Positions 52,131 to 64,000 of a DNA stretch of 64,000 bases are shown in pieces. This DNA is from Lama glama (lineage: Eukaryota), in assembly GCA_028534125.1 (NCBI GenBank), contig CM052817.1, forward strand, positions 63,490,001 to 63,554,000, in the 5' to 3' direction. The notes under the pieces are model-generated. The model did not search any database. It saw only the letters and a program-made list of their open reading frames with translations, and was not told the origin of the DNA. The first letter of the stretch is position 1. Each line of letters begins with the position of its first letter. Made by a program: the position numbers and the translations under genes.

Positions 52131-53118
52131 AAAGGCCCACACAGCCTGCACCACTGATCACTTGTGTGTAAGTATCTTTCCCTGTTTCAAGCTCAGCAGG
52201 CGCTCTTTGGTTCTGCTCAAATGTGTGTGCCGTAGGGCACTTGTTCAACTCACTGCTGTATCTGCCCTTCACAGGGAGGGGCTCTTCCACTGCAGCGTGA
52301 GAGGGATGCGCATAGGAGAACTGCCCCACTTCGGCTGCTGAAAGAGACCTGCAGGCCGTAGGGAGCCGACCCACACTATAGAAGGTGATCTTGCTCCGTG
52401 CCTTCTCTGTGTAAGTAAAGCATTGTTTCATCCGGTGCTCGATGCATTGTTTTCCTTTGACTCTCCGATACCGAGATGCAATGGGTAGAGATGTTTGGAT
52501 CTGGTTCCTGGTGGTTGTCACAGTGATGATCTCTGCTCTCTTCCGTGTAGCTGGGGAGTCTTCCCCTGGGACTGGGGACAAGTGTACGGTGTTCTTCAGG
52601 ACGTTAGGCCTCTTCTTCTCTCAAGCTGTTGGTATCGGGGTCTGAGGAATTTATGTTTTATTTTTAAGTCTTGTACTTCTGGTTAGATTCAGTTCCCCGT
52701 TGGCTTCAATTATTTGAGGGGAATATCTTCTTTCCTTCAGAAGTTGAGAGGCTAGAAATGCAGGGCTCTGTTTCTGAAAACAGCGTTATGATTTGAGAAT
52801 GATCTTTGGAGGATGTAATACATTTTTAATATCTTAGATGTTTATTCTTTAAATGGACTTTTGGTAGTTTAAAAATAAATCGCCATAAGTCAATTTGGTT
52901 AAATAAAATTTGTGTGAACAAAGGGTAAAATGTTGTGATTACAGTCAGGTAATGTGGCCCCAGGGGGAAGATACTGATTTCTTGGGGTGCCTTATGATCT
53001 GTTCCAAAGCAAAGTTCATAGCAGATTTCAAGCAATGACAGTCACTTTGGACTAGGTATACTACTCAGGGCACTACTTTGAAAAAGGTCATGTGTCTGAA
53101 TCAGTAATTTGTTCTAGC

Positions 53119-53276
53119 CTAGGGCTTCTCACAATATAGTGTGCATACAGATGACTTGGAGATCTTATTAAAATATAGGTTCTAATTCGGTAGATATGAA
53201 ATAAAGCCTGAGATTCAGATTTCTACTCAGCTCCTAAGTGATGCCAACCCTTGGATCACACTTTGAGTGGCAATGA
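53119..53276. mobile_element. MER5-type hAT MITE
   Basis: gcttctcac..gtgcatacagatgacttggagatcttattaaaat..cagctcctaagtgatgcc..ggatcacactttgagtggca. Confidence 0.75.
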
Positions 53277-53324
53277 TTTTGTCTTCTGGTCCGGAAGTCA
53301 AAATGCCTGACTCCCAGCTTAGAA

Positions 53325-53760
53325 TAGCTAGCTTCCAGCATGGCCCTGCATGATCTGTACCTCCTGGTATTAAACCTTGTATGTTCCCCGACTTTGACCA
53401 ATTAAGTATGACGGAAGTGATGTACCATTAGGTTACCAAAGGCACTGTGGCTTCTGTCTTGGTTTCTTATTTCTAGCTCACAGTCCTCACTGTGTGGACA
53501 CTGTCATATCATGAACATCCCTGTGGGGAGGCTGACCTGGTAAGGAACTGAGGCCTAAAGCCAACTGACAGGGCAGAGCTGAGAGGGATTCAGAGGGGAT
53601 CCTCCAACGCTATTTAAGCCATCAGATGACTGTAGCCTCAGACACCAGTTTGCCTAAAACCTCATGAGAGACCCTGAGCTAGAACCACCCAACTAAGCTA
53701 TTCCTGGGTTGCTAACCCTCAGAAGCGCCTAAATAAAGAAGGTTTATTATGTTAATTGGG
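53325..53760 (+). mobile_element. MaLR LTR (MLT1F-like)
   Basis: ctcctggtatt..aaggaactgaggcct..cagatgactgtagcc..ctcatgagagaccctgagctagaaccacccaactaagct. Confidence 0.75.
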
Positions 53761-53871
53761 GGAGTCCTTTCTTAAGGGACTTACACAAGTCGCTTCACTT
53801 CTCTATTGGAAATACAATGGTGTCAGTGAATTTTGGAGAAATGAGAACCAGAACTTTTTATTTTGGGTGCT

Positions 53872-54339
53872 TTACTGGGTTTAATTGTGTTACCTCCCTA
53901 TCCACACCCTCCTCTTATGTTTAAATCCTAAGGCCAGTACCTGTGAACATGACCTTATTTGGAAATATGGCTTTGCAGATGTAATCAGGTTAAGATGAGA
54001 TCATTCTGGGTTAGGTTGGGCCCTATATCCAATGACTGGTGTCCTTACAAGGAGAGATTCTGAGGCACAGATACACAGGGAAGAAGGCCATGTGACAACA
54101 GAGGCAGAGAACGGGGCACTGCGGCTGGACAGGGAGTGATAATGATCTCCAGCAACCCCCAGAAGCCAGGAAAAGGCAAGGAAAGATTCTTCCTCTCCAG
54201 AACTTTCAGTGAGAGCACAGCTCTGCTGACATCTTGATTTTAGACTTCCAGCCTCCTGAACTGTGAGAGAATGCATTTCAGTTGTATTAAGCCACCCAGT
54301 TTATGATAATTTTTATGGCAGCTCCAGGAAACTAATACA
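53872..54339 (+). mobile_element. MaLR solo LTR (MLT1C-like)
   Basis: gaccttatttggaaat..tttgcagatgtaatcaggttaagatgag..gacttccagcctcctgaactgtgagagaat..ggaaactaataca. Confidence 0.9.
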
Positions 54340-56491
54340 AGTGCCCGTCAGAATGATCTCTGAAACATCTAAAAATATACATGCCATGTTCCCATTCTTA
54401 CTCATGCACTGAATAAGAATCTCAAATTTTTGTTCATATAGCTGGAGCTCAGATACACGTGCTTTAGTTACAAAGCTTATTATAATGTATAGGTGAGCTT
54501 GCAAATCACTGGACTAGATGATTTTGAAGTCCTAGCTTTAAAACTCAATGCCTTCAAGTCCTGGTGGACTATTTTAAAAGAAAAAAAAATTTAATATGTT
54601 AATTTATAACCTACTTTAATTATTCATGCAAACACATGAAAGCCATTTGCCATCGTTTGCAGGGGTACAGGCATGAACTCAATTAAATGTTTAGTACGTA
54701 GACATTCTAGGTGTTGAATTGTTCACATTAAATTGTTTTGGAGGTAATATCACTTTTAGAGGCAACTACATTTAAATATTTAAAGATTTATAATGATCCC
54801 AAACAAGAACAGCATCTGGTTTTGTGCCTAGAAGTGCTCCACAAAGAATAACTGCCTGTATTTTGCTGCTGTTCTGAATTGTGTGATAAAGTGGAAAATT
54901 ATCAGGATATGGCTCTTCAGTTTTTGCTAAAAGAATTGCTGAAAAAAAACTGAACAGATGCCGGATATAAATAAATTTCATAAACTCAGATATTTACAGA
55001 TCTTCTGTGGATTCTGGGCACCACTTGTAGAGATATATTTATGATGGCCTCGATGAAACAGTTATTTTATACTTTTCCAGGTCAGTGCAATGAGGTGAAT
55101 CTCTCCTCCTAAAAAACACCATGGCAACATGGAGCCTGAATGTCAGTTTTTATCTGGCAGTAGGAGGGCAAACAAGCCGCAAATCCCATACAGCCAGATC
55201 CTCGGTAGTCAGTCCTAAATGCGTTCCAACGTAATACTGCTCTCCTTTTTCTGTTCTCTACTGGCATTACCCAAAGCACAGGAAGCAAAATTTCCCTACT
55301 AAAAATAGAGTTCTTAAATTCGTTGCTATGATGTACAGAAGAAGAGGTGATGCCAAAACAATATGACCACACAGATCTCAGTACCCTTGGTGAGGGTTTG
55401 GTGAGAAGGGCTGCCACTTCCACTGCATCCTCAAATTCACCAAAGAGGAAGATAAGGCCAGTGACGAGGGCCGTTCTTGGGAAATTGAATTTAGAACGGC
55501 TGTCACTGCCACACTCAGGGTAATAATGGTTTAAGAAAAAAAAAAGATGAGAACACACAGAAAAGTTGAAAAGGGTTAAGACTGTGTTTCTAACAACAGA
55601 CACTCAGAGGGCAACTTTGGATTTATGATGATTTGTGCATGTTCAGGCAGAAGGAGTCAGCATGCAGCAGAAGATGGAATTCACATGTGGGCTTCAATTA
55701 AGGCTATCAAAGAGCACCAAGCGAACAAGATACAGGGGTAGGAAGGTAATTAGAACTTACTCTTAACATTCCTTAATTGCAACCTTTATCAGTAGCAGAT
55801 GGTAGGTGAGCTGGAATTTGGGGGAATAGCCACCTTTTTGACATTACCTCTAATTAAAAAGGCTTTCTCAGTTATCAGGACAAACTTCGAAACCATTGTA
55901 TTTTTTCCCAGGTCAATATTAACTTAGAGGGTGTGATAAAGTCTGTTCCCCTTCTGTCTATCATTTCCTGTAGCTGCTTCCATCTGCTCTAAGATGAAAC
56001 TATGAACTTTCCAATGATTCTAGTCTGGGCTGCGTGCTCAGGGGCCCCCAATGACTCATGAGTGTTATTTTTCACTGGATAACTTTTAGGGGAGAACCAT
56101 CCTCACTGCACCACTGAGATAGACCTGGGAGAGTGTAAAATGGGCTCTAATAGGTCAGACCACCATTATGTCACAACATAGGAATTTGATACAAAACAAC
56201 AATGAAGCAAAACATTGCTACTTAGCATTAAGCTTGAATGCAATAATGTTTTGGAAGAAGAAACCATCCCAGGCCAATATAAGACTAGTGCAAACCAGGT
56301 GAAGATGTTTGTTTACCTCTTGACAAATCCCTTGACAAGACTCCAGTGTTAGATAATAATTCTGCCTAAAGTCTTTTTCTTAAAGGTCTGATAGGTGTCT
56401 CTGTTAAATGTCTCTGATAAATGTACCTGATAATGACATGATCACTTTGATAGCTTCTCTTTTTGTAGAACATATGTCAGTTACTCTATGG

Positions 56492-56675
56492 CAGTGATTC
56501 TCAGTGTGGTCCTCAAACCAACAGTGTCAGCATCACTGGGGAAATTATTAGTAATGCAGATTCTCAGGCCTCATCCCAGATCCACCGAATCAGAAACCCT
56601 GGGGGTAAAGCTCAGAAATCTGTGTTAACAAGCCCTCCAGTGTTTCTGATGGAAACTAATGTTTGAGGCTATATT
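56492..56675 (+). mobile_element. MER5A hAT MITE
   Basis: cagtgattctcagtgtggtcc..cagcatcactgggg..aatgcagattctcaggcc..gaatcagaaaccctgggg..ttaacaagccctccag. Confidence 0.88.
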
Positions 56676-56699
56676 AGGAGGAGACACCAGTTATGGGTG

Positions 56700-56915
56700 A
56701 TGCCTGTCTACCACACTAAACATTTTATAAGCATTATGTCAGTTAAGCCTCACAATTACCATGAATATCAAGTTTTATCATTTCTCACATTGTGTAGGTC
56801 AAGAAGCAAAGATTCATCACTGTAAAGTAACTTGACCAAAATTGTGGAATTAACAAGTGGGAGATTTCTATCCGCATGCTGACCAGTTTAAAGCTCATAA
56901 TCTGAACCACTGAAG
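56700..56915 (-). mobile_element. MIR
   Basis: ttaagcctcacaattaccatga..aaagtaacttgaccaa. Confidence 0.6.
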
Positions 56916-57919
56916 AATATCCAAGCAGAAACAGACAAGACAAGAATTTCCCCAGTGCTGTGCAAAGACACACTCTAGGCACTACAGAAAAGTCAACTGT
57001 AGGCCCCAAACAGAAAAGGCTACATAGAACTTTTCAAAAAACAAGCAAACAAACAAAAACAAGGCTCTGAGGTTAGTAATTGACCTAATGGTGAGGAAAA
57101 ATGACTTTCCTTATAGACAAAAATTTCTGTATTGTGGAATACAATAGCTTTACCCCCATTTTAAGGCATGATTTAAGGTTGTATTAATAAGCATTTTCCC
57201 AATTTTCAGTTGGGAAGCCACTAATCTGAAAGTTTAAAGTTATGGTTTTGGAAACATCCCACCTTTACTCCATCTAATGACTATAGGAAAGTAATATACG
57301 TTAGCTTCATTCAGGACCACCTGTAACACATTGTATTTCAGTTAATCATTCAATTTAAAAAAAGTTGATGAAAGCATTTAAAAACCAATTCAGTATTTGT
57401 TTTTTGGATTTGTATTAAGGAAACATTGAGTATATTATTCAGTGTCCCTCTGAGGACCTACATTAAACAAGACTTTAATATGACTCTTCCATAAAGATGA
57501 TTCATGGAGAATCATTAGTTCTGCAAGATTTTAGTGAGTTTTCCAGAAAACATTTTTCTGCTGTTGAGCGGGTCTGCAAATACCAGATCACACCTGGTTA
57601 TACTTATGCCCTCATTGTACATCACAGAGCCTTTAGCATGCTGATAACGCTTGTGAATTTCCAAAGATACAACATGAGTAAAGTTCCCCAGTTCATTAAG
57701 CCATAGATCCTTTTCTGAACGATCATTCTGAGAGACTAGAGTTCTCCAGAGTAAGTGCAAAAACACCTTCTTATAATTAAATACCAAGAGGAATGCCTTC
57801 TCGAGGTATCATTATGCTCCATTTTTGCCCTACATTCTGAAACTCAGAATCAAGTCAGATATTCAGCTGTGCAGAGCCATAGCAGAATGTGGAGGGAAAG
57901 CATTCCTTCCAAAGCCTGT

Positions 57920-58140
57920 CTACCAACACTCAAATTCCAGCTCTATCTCTTGTTAGTTGTGTGCCCATAACGAGGTACTTAAACTCTCTGTGTCTCAGTT
58001 TCCTCAACTGGAAAATGTTATTTCTTTTTCAATAAGAGCAACCTCTTTGGAGTTCTTTTTTTTTTTAATTAAAATTTGCAAAGGACTTAGGAGAGTACCT
58101 GGCATATGATTAAAACTGCATGAGCATTTGTTAACTAGCC
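57920..58140 (+). mobile_element. MIR
   Basis: caaattccagctct..tacttaaactctctgtgtctcagtttcctcaactggaaaatg..gtacctggcata. Confidence 0.78.
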
Positions 58141-59889
58141 ATTAAACTAGCTCTCTTGGGGCTAATGCTGTTGCTTTCTTTTTTGATCCACCTCCTGCTT
58201 GTTGGCATCTATTTCTCCTTTATTAATTTGAAGGTACCCAAGTCACTTGTGGGTGGCATACTTTTTTAGAATTATATAAATGATTAAGGGTATGTTTCAA
58301 AAGGAAGCAGAAGGGATAAAAAGGAACTTTCAAAATAAACCTGGTCAGTCAGTGTTTCTGAGCATAGGGAAATAAGTGCTCCATCAGTTTAATATGAATA
58401 TATTTAATGGAGACCTTCCAGAGGACTTGATTGGTCATTGGAGGTGACACACCTCCAAACTCAGTATCATCTAACTCTACTTGCTCTGACCTTAGTTTTC
58501 CAGGAAGACTTTCCTACTGGGATAGCTATTATGGGAATATTCCTCTTAACAGTATTTTGGTTTGTCTTTTGTTTTCTGACATTGGGTGGTGTACGTTAAT
58601 TGACCAGAGTTTGAACACCTTGGGTAAACTGACAGAAGTGTGTTTTCATACTGACAAGTGTAAAGGTAGGAAAAGTTGCAGACGAAGCTGAAACAGAAGC
58701 AGTGCCCAAGACCAGGGGTCATGGTCTTCACTTTACTAGCGAGTCAACTCTGCCTTCATACCAAGGGCTCCACAGACACTTGCTGCCAGAGGGCTGTGCT
58801 TTACAAGTAGATCTGGTGATGAAGGCATGTTATTTGAAGAAATGGAGAAAAAGCGTTTGCCACCTGACAACTACAATTGTGAGACAATAATTAAGATGGA
58901 GACCAGGTTTGGAACCTGCAAGTGTTAATGAAGATTTATTCACTCATGACATTTGACCAGATCTACAGGGTGGGTTCTTAGGTTTCATTAGTTAAAGACA
59001 TAAAGTGGTCTGTCTGATTAAAAAGGGGAAAAACAGTAGGAAGCACCCATAAATTATTATAGCTCAATTAGGTGCAGACAGTTTAGTGAGTGTTTATTAC
59101 TAGTACAAAGGAAGATTTTCCAATTAGATTAAAAGGTTTTGAAAACAACAGTTATAGTCACAGTGATTTAGACCAATTGCTAGAATAATGCATCGTGAGA
59201 AGCTTTATTGATTAAAAGTAAATTGATAAGTTATTTGTAGTGTTCACGGTTTTTCAGTAGAACCCCTGCTATGAAGTACAATTTCCCTCACAAGATCAGT
59301 GAGAGGAGTGGGCTAATTTCTTCTTGCTCTGAAAATTGGTAAGAATATAAAGGGCAATGCTGAAAATACCAGCATGATTTATACAGGTTAATCATCAAGA
59401 AAGTGACATCGCATAAGTCATTGGGAAGCTACCTTCCCAGACTGGGCCCTTTAGGCTGATTTCACTGTCAAAAGTTGGGCCAAAGAAAGAGAAAACGAAA
59501 CTTAGGATTTTTTCAAAGCCTTTAGCTCACTGAGCTGTCATAATCTGTTGTAAAACCTAGAAATGGCAAGAAATCAAAGGGAAGTTGCATAGACGCCACC
59601 TCTGATAGTGCCCACTAGAATTTATGGCAGTAGTTTGGTGGGATGAAGTCTAAGATGCAGGTAGCTCATGTGTCTCTTTGTCTTGAAGTATCGTTTTGAC
59701 TTCTGGGAGTGCTGGAAATGCCCTCCACCTGGCCAGAGGTCTTGGAGTAGGTGTTTCATTGGCCACAAACTACCACTTTCTCACTATGTGATTAAATATG
59801 AAAAGAAGAAAAGGAGAGCAAAGAATTGATAGCTGAGTTTCTGGATTCTGCAGATGCAAGCAGTACTAATGTATGGTATATGCAGATAT

Positions 59890-60518
59890 TGATGCAGGAA
59901 AAATGGATGTGGGGTATGAGGAGAGCCATATCCCAGGCTTCAGTTGAGCCCCGGGGACATGCCCCGTCAAGTGTGGGTCCTTGGCTTCGCACAGGAAAGA
60001 ATTCAAGAGCGAGCCACAGTTGAGTAAAGGTAGATTTATTCAGAGAGATACATTGAAAGGCAAGAGAAAGGCCACAAGGTGGGGGGTTGGGTGCTCAGAT
60101 TAAAAGTGGGTACACACACTATAGGCAGAGCACAGGCCATCTCCGAAGAGAGAGAAAGAGGGAAGCCCTGAGGCACCATGTTGCCAGTTTTTATGGGCTC
60201 AGGGGCTTCATTTGCTAATACGTGGAAAGATCAGTCTAACTAGCCTGGGGAAGGGGCTGGGATTCCCAGGAATTTGGCCATTTCCCACTCTGTGACCTTT
60301 TGTGGCTAGCCTTGGGACTGCCATGGTGCCTGTGGGCATGTTATTCACCATGCTAATGTATTACAGTGGGAGTATAATGAAGCTCAAGGTCTACCGGATG
60401 TCAAATCTCCCACTATCTTGAGCCTCAAGGCCTATTGGGGGTTGAATCTTTCACCATTTTGATGTTAATTGCTGTATCATTCCTTGAATGGCTGTGCCCT
60501 GCCCCCTTTCGTGTCTCA
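59890..60518 (-). mobile_element. Solo ERV1 LTR, MER41/MER4-like (629 bp)
   Basis: TG..CA termini with perfect 4-bp TSD atat (59886-59889 / 60519-60522); minus strand has CATAAAAA, AATAAA (60035-60040) and U5 GCTCGCTCTTGAATTCTTTCCTGTGCGAAGCCAAGGACCC. Confidence 0.85.
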
Positions 60519-61041
60519 ATATAATGATGTATATTACCAATATTCTGCAAAAGAATGGAATAAACAAGTACTGTTTCCCTTAAAACTCTTGCTCTTTAAA
60601 AAGCAGTTTAGAGATAAGCCCTATCTGGTTTTCATTTCCTTATTGAATGTACTGAATTTGTCTTTCTGATAGATTTGCTCCCTTGTGGTTCTATTCTTTC
60701 TCATCCACTTTTTCTTTTATTTCCTAACTGAAATTTTAAAGCTAGCAGCTAAGGGCAGAATAAGACAACAAACTAGCATTCCATCTGTTGTGACATTTAG
60801 TATTTGCTTTTCCTGAGAAATTGCTTAGTGAATCAATTTCATATTAGCATTAAGAAATTAAAATCTTTGTTCACATGATACACACACGTCTGTTTCCCCT
60901 GATTCTGGAATCCAGTTGCCTTGTTTGAAAACTGAACTGTTCTTCTTAGCTGTATGTGTGTGACATTGGATGAGTCTCTTAATGTCTCTAAAGATCAGTT
61001 TGCTTGTCTGTTAAATGGCAATGACAGTTTTTAACACATAT

Positions 61042-61609
61042 TGTTGCCAAAGGATCGGCCCCCATCCTGGATGAACCAAATAACTCAGAGACAAAGCCTG
61101 GGAGCTTAGAAGAAAAGAGGCAATTTTATTGCTTTGCCGGGCAAAGGAGCCTTGCAGCAGGCTAGTGCCTTCAAAACCATAAGCCCACCTTGGGGATGGG
61201 GTTGGGTGGTTATATAGCCATAGCTCAAACAATACAGCATCGATAACATTCAACAGAATCATCTTCTTATCAGAAGACAGAATGGCGTCATGATGCCTCT
61301 AGGCAACCAGTTAGCAGTTAGATTTCTTCATCTCGTAAGCACTCAAGATGCGGTCTTCTTGGTAATTCAGGCTATTTTGTAAGGTTATAGTCCTGTGACC
61401 TTGGAGAAGGACTCAGAGACCAAGCATGATTATTACTTTTAACAACTGGAATAAAATAGAAACAGTAAGATCAATAGCTTTAGTTTTAACAATAGGCCTG
61501 GAACTGTGAGTAGCAACCGGTCAGTCAGGTCAGTTGACCGTTTTGAGTGCGAGCATAAGAATGAGCAGTCTGTTAGCCTAAGTGTGGTCATTTTATTAAT
61601 CCTCCTTCA
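61042..61609 (-). mobile_element. Solo ERV1-class LTR nested in a MIR (60900-61041, 61610-61710)
   Basis: TGT..TCA termini, TSD atat/aaat; minus-strand AATAAA (~61125) and TATA (~61210); MIR colinear on both sides. Confidence 0.75.
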
Positions 61610-63094
61610 AAATAACTGATAAAAGGAATAATTGGGAGAATATATGTGAAGTGCTTATCACAATACCTGATACATAGGGAGTATTCAATAAATGTTGATT
61701 TTCTTATTCTCATATTTTTCTATAACTACACTGTATAATAATTTACTCGTGCAGTTTAACATGTTCCAGTTTATCACATCACTTCTAAAATTGTCGCTAT
61801 TAAATTCACTCTGACTGCATTTTCCTATGTACAGAAGAAATACATATACAGAAGCAGAAGATTCAGTCTCATTGCCTTTAAAGTGAATAGTCTTGAGAGA
61901 AAGGTGCAACAAACACTGCTCTAAGCTGGTCCACACACTCAGAAGTTCAGAGGTTAGAATAACATCAGATTCGTCACGAATACACTGCCTGAGGAATCCG
62001 CATCCTTCAAGGGATTAATCTGGGTAACCAAGTGCAGTAAGTGTCCCTTTGTACTAGCTAGACAATCACTTTAAGCAGACAAGTCAGTGATCGGTAAAAG
62101 GTATTGGTTAAACTAGCTAGTCCGTCTTGTTTGTGTAAGAACAGAAGAAAGGAGGGAGAAAAAAAGAGCCATGAACAGAAGCTAGCAGAAGATTGAGAGC
62201 CAAAGACCCCAACCAGAGATCAGGAGAAGAACAGCCATTATTCATGTACTAAGTACCTGAGTCAGTAGTTGTTTCCTCCTTGTAAACTGTGGAAAAACCA
62301 CCGAGAACTCTATTGCCAGCTTCCTGGAAGAGCATATAGCCTAGTTAAGCTGGACTCCCTACTGAGCATTTGGAATCAATACATTCTTTGGTCTTGCTAA
62401 TAATCACTTTTCACGGAAATAAATATCTTGTAGAAAATGGCCTAAGTTTTTCCCCGTTAATGACTTCTACCTTCAAATGGAGATATTTTGACTAATGAAA
62501 TCAAAACAGCACATTCATTTCATTTCTGACTCCAGGTAAACACCGATTTAGGTTCTGGGACTTGGCAGAAGAGCTACCCAGAGCACATTTATTGAGATTT
62601 ACTCTTTCAGAGAGAATGCTGAGTTGCCACAAACTCTTCAGATGTCCATCCTCACAACATTTGGGTCTGAGAACACGAGGCTATGGACAGCCAATTCTGC
62701 TACTGAAACAGATTTGATTCCCTTTCCAATATGCATGTTGAAATAAAACAAGTAGCCTTATACTGAACATCACTAGCACTCTGAACTATAAACTTGGAAA
62801 CTAACAGTTACATTCTATCATCTAATCCTGCCCGTGATGTCTTTGAAATAGCACAATAGCACATAGATTCATTCTATCATTCCTATTTACAATTTCCATT
62901 TTCATTCTGTGCCATTATTTCTTGTATTCTAAACTGAAGCAGTTATCTCATGAGGGACTACTGCTTCCATTTTCTCTTCATTCAAATCTATGATCCTCAA
63001 CCTTTTGTACACTACCATTTGCTGAGCACTTACTATGTAAGTTTTGACACACAGAATCTCATCTCATCCTCACAGTCACCCTGAGAGTTAGGAG

Positions 63095-63580
63095 ATGATA
63101 ATATGGATTGGCTCTTTCAACATTTCATCTTTTTCCTAATGTACCTTCCTGGGCTGGAAGCTGGGAAAGTTAAATGCCACATTCCCCAGATTCATTTCCA
63201 GCTAAGGTTTCAGTGCAGCGTTCGTATGTATTCATGCAAAACTTGAATCAGAACTGAGTGAAGTCAGAGAGATGCAGAACTGAAGCTGTCTGTTTTCTGT
63301 TACAAACTGTAGCAGAGATGTCGTGACTCTGGATCTGAGTGATGTGGTGGTGACTTCTCGATATAGCAGTGGCTTCTGATCATGGCGGGAGCAACAGTTT
63401 CTATGTTAGTCCAGTTCTGCATTGTGGCTTTGGGCATCATTTTTAAAAACTCCACATAAAGACTGTTTTCTTCAGTCTGGCCAGTGATTCCAAAGGCCAT
63501 CCACTATTCTGTAGTAACTCTTTCCATGCTTAAAGTAGGCAGAGTGGATTATGGTAAGTGCAAATAAGCACTAAACTCTG
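63095..63580 (+). mobile_element. LTR33-like ERVL LTR nested in a minus-strand MIR (63010-63095, 63580-63715)
   Basis: ggaagctgggaaagttaaatgccacattccccagattc..gcttaaagtaggcagagtggatt..gcaaataag. Confidence 0.65.
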
Positions 63581-64000
63581 TAGGTAAATTATATTCCCAC
63601 TGTCTATTTGAGGTAGAGTAGTTAAATGTCTGCTAAATTTATACAGATAGTAAGTAATGGTTTAGGATTTAAATCCAGCAAAACTATATGAGACATTGCT
63701 TTTAACCACTATGGCATAAAGTGTTCTATTCACTGCACTATTCTCTCTATAAATTCCTTCTACGAGATGAAATCCACTTACCTTTTATTGTCACCAAAAA
63801 CCATTTTTAGCTTAGTTCCTTTTCTGTTTTTGCTTGTTTTTCTCCTCCAAAGCACTCCATGCTCTAGTCATGCTGAACTTACTCCTGGCCTTGCCCTGCT
63901 ATCTTGTTTTTCACTCTAATTCTTTCATCTGGAATTCTTTTCATTCACTTTTCTTACCCCAACTCTATACATACATTGAGAATTTATTCCTGAACTGTCT

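Larger units (their letters stand above)
51275..52603 (+). mobile_element. ERVL LTR (MER54/MER73/MER74-like) split by a younger L1
   Basis: agcttcataagaatggctcttgggcctagaacacttcct | aaaggcccacacagcctg..tgtgtaagtaaagcattgtttcatccggtgctcga..ctccgataccgagatgcaatggg. Matches recalled consensus across the L1. Confidence 0.65.
50510..52790 (-). mobile_element. Ancient L1M fragments (50510-51275 and 52630-52790) hosting nested elements
   Basis: Antisense ORF2-like (gtatgatgatggctgtaggtttttcatagatgcc). ggttagattcagttccccgttggcttcaattatttg is the reverse-complement homologue of 22876-22912. Confidence 0.65.

Noticed and set aside
52117..52581. 154-aa ORF as gene or processed pseudogene
   Set aside because: Antisense to an LTR; no protein homology recognised, no poly-A/TSD of its own.
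55109..55603. 164-aa minus-strand ORF
   Set aside because: Non-ATG start, no recognisable domain or splice context.
59590..59606. CTCF site (minus strand AGGTGGCG)
   Set aside because: Only the 3' half of the core matches; the CCA-S-Y half is absent.
1..64000. CRISPR array, operon or prokaryotic defence system
   Set aside because: The sequence is mammalian; there is no repeat-spacer array and no dense coding structure.

Overview
This is mammalian, non-coding, repeat-rich genomic DNA, most likely from a camelid (alpaca/llama/camel). The assignment rests on a camelid-type tRNA-derived SINE and camelid-type L1 ends recognised from memory, not on a database search. I find no credible host protein-coding gene, RNA gene or CRISPR array. 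The only ORFs with recognisable homology are LINE-1 ORF2 remnants; the rest are short chance ORFs or artefacts of a 500-N gap (3059-3558). The window is a layered record of transposons: L1s of several ages, L2, MIR, more than 15 solo LTRs (ERV1, ERVL, MaLR) and MER58/MER5/Tigger2-type DNA transposons, with several nests resolved by target-site duplications. The best leads are: (1) a solo ERV1 LTR with intact ETS/GC-box/TATA, a mutated polyA signal and a perfect splice donor 6 bp past its end; (2) an orphan CpG micro-island with inverted E2F6-type sites and candidate + strand exons downstream; (3) a young, apparently full-length L1 hidden by the gap; (4) three back-to-back perfect palindromes; (5) an old ~240-bp fold-back. 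None of these demonstrates a new biological system; they are testable hypotheses. Repeat family names come from recalled consensus sequences and need RepeatMasker/Dfam confirmation.
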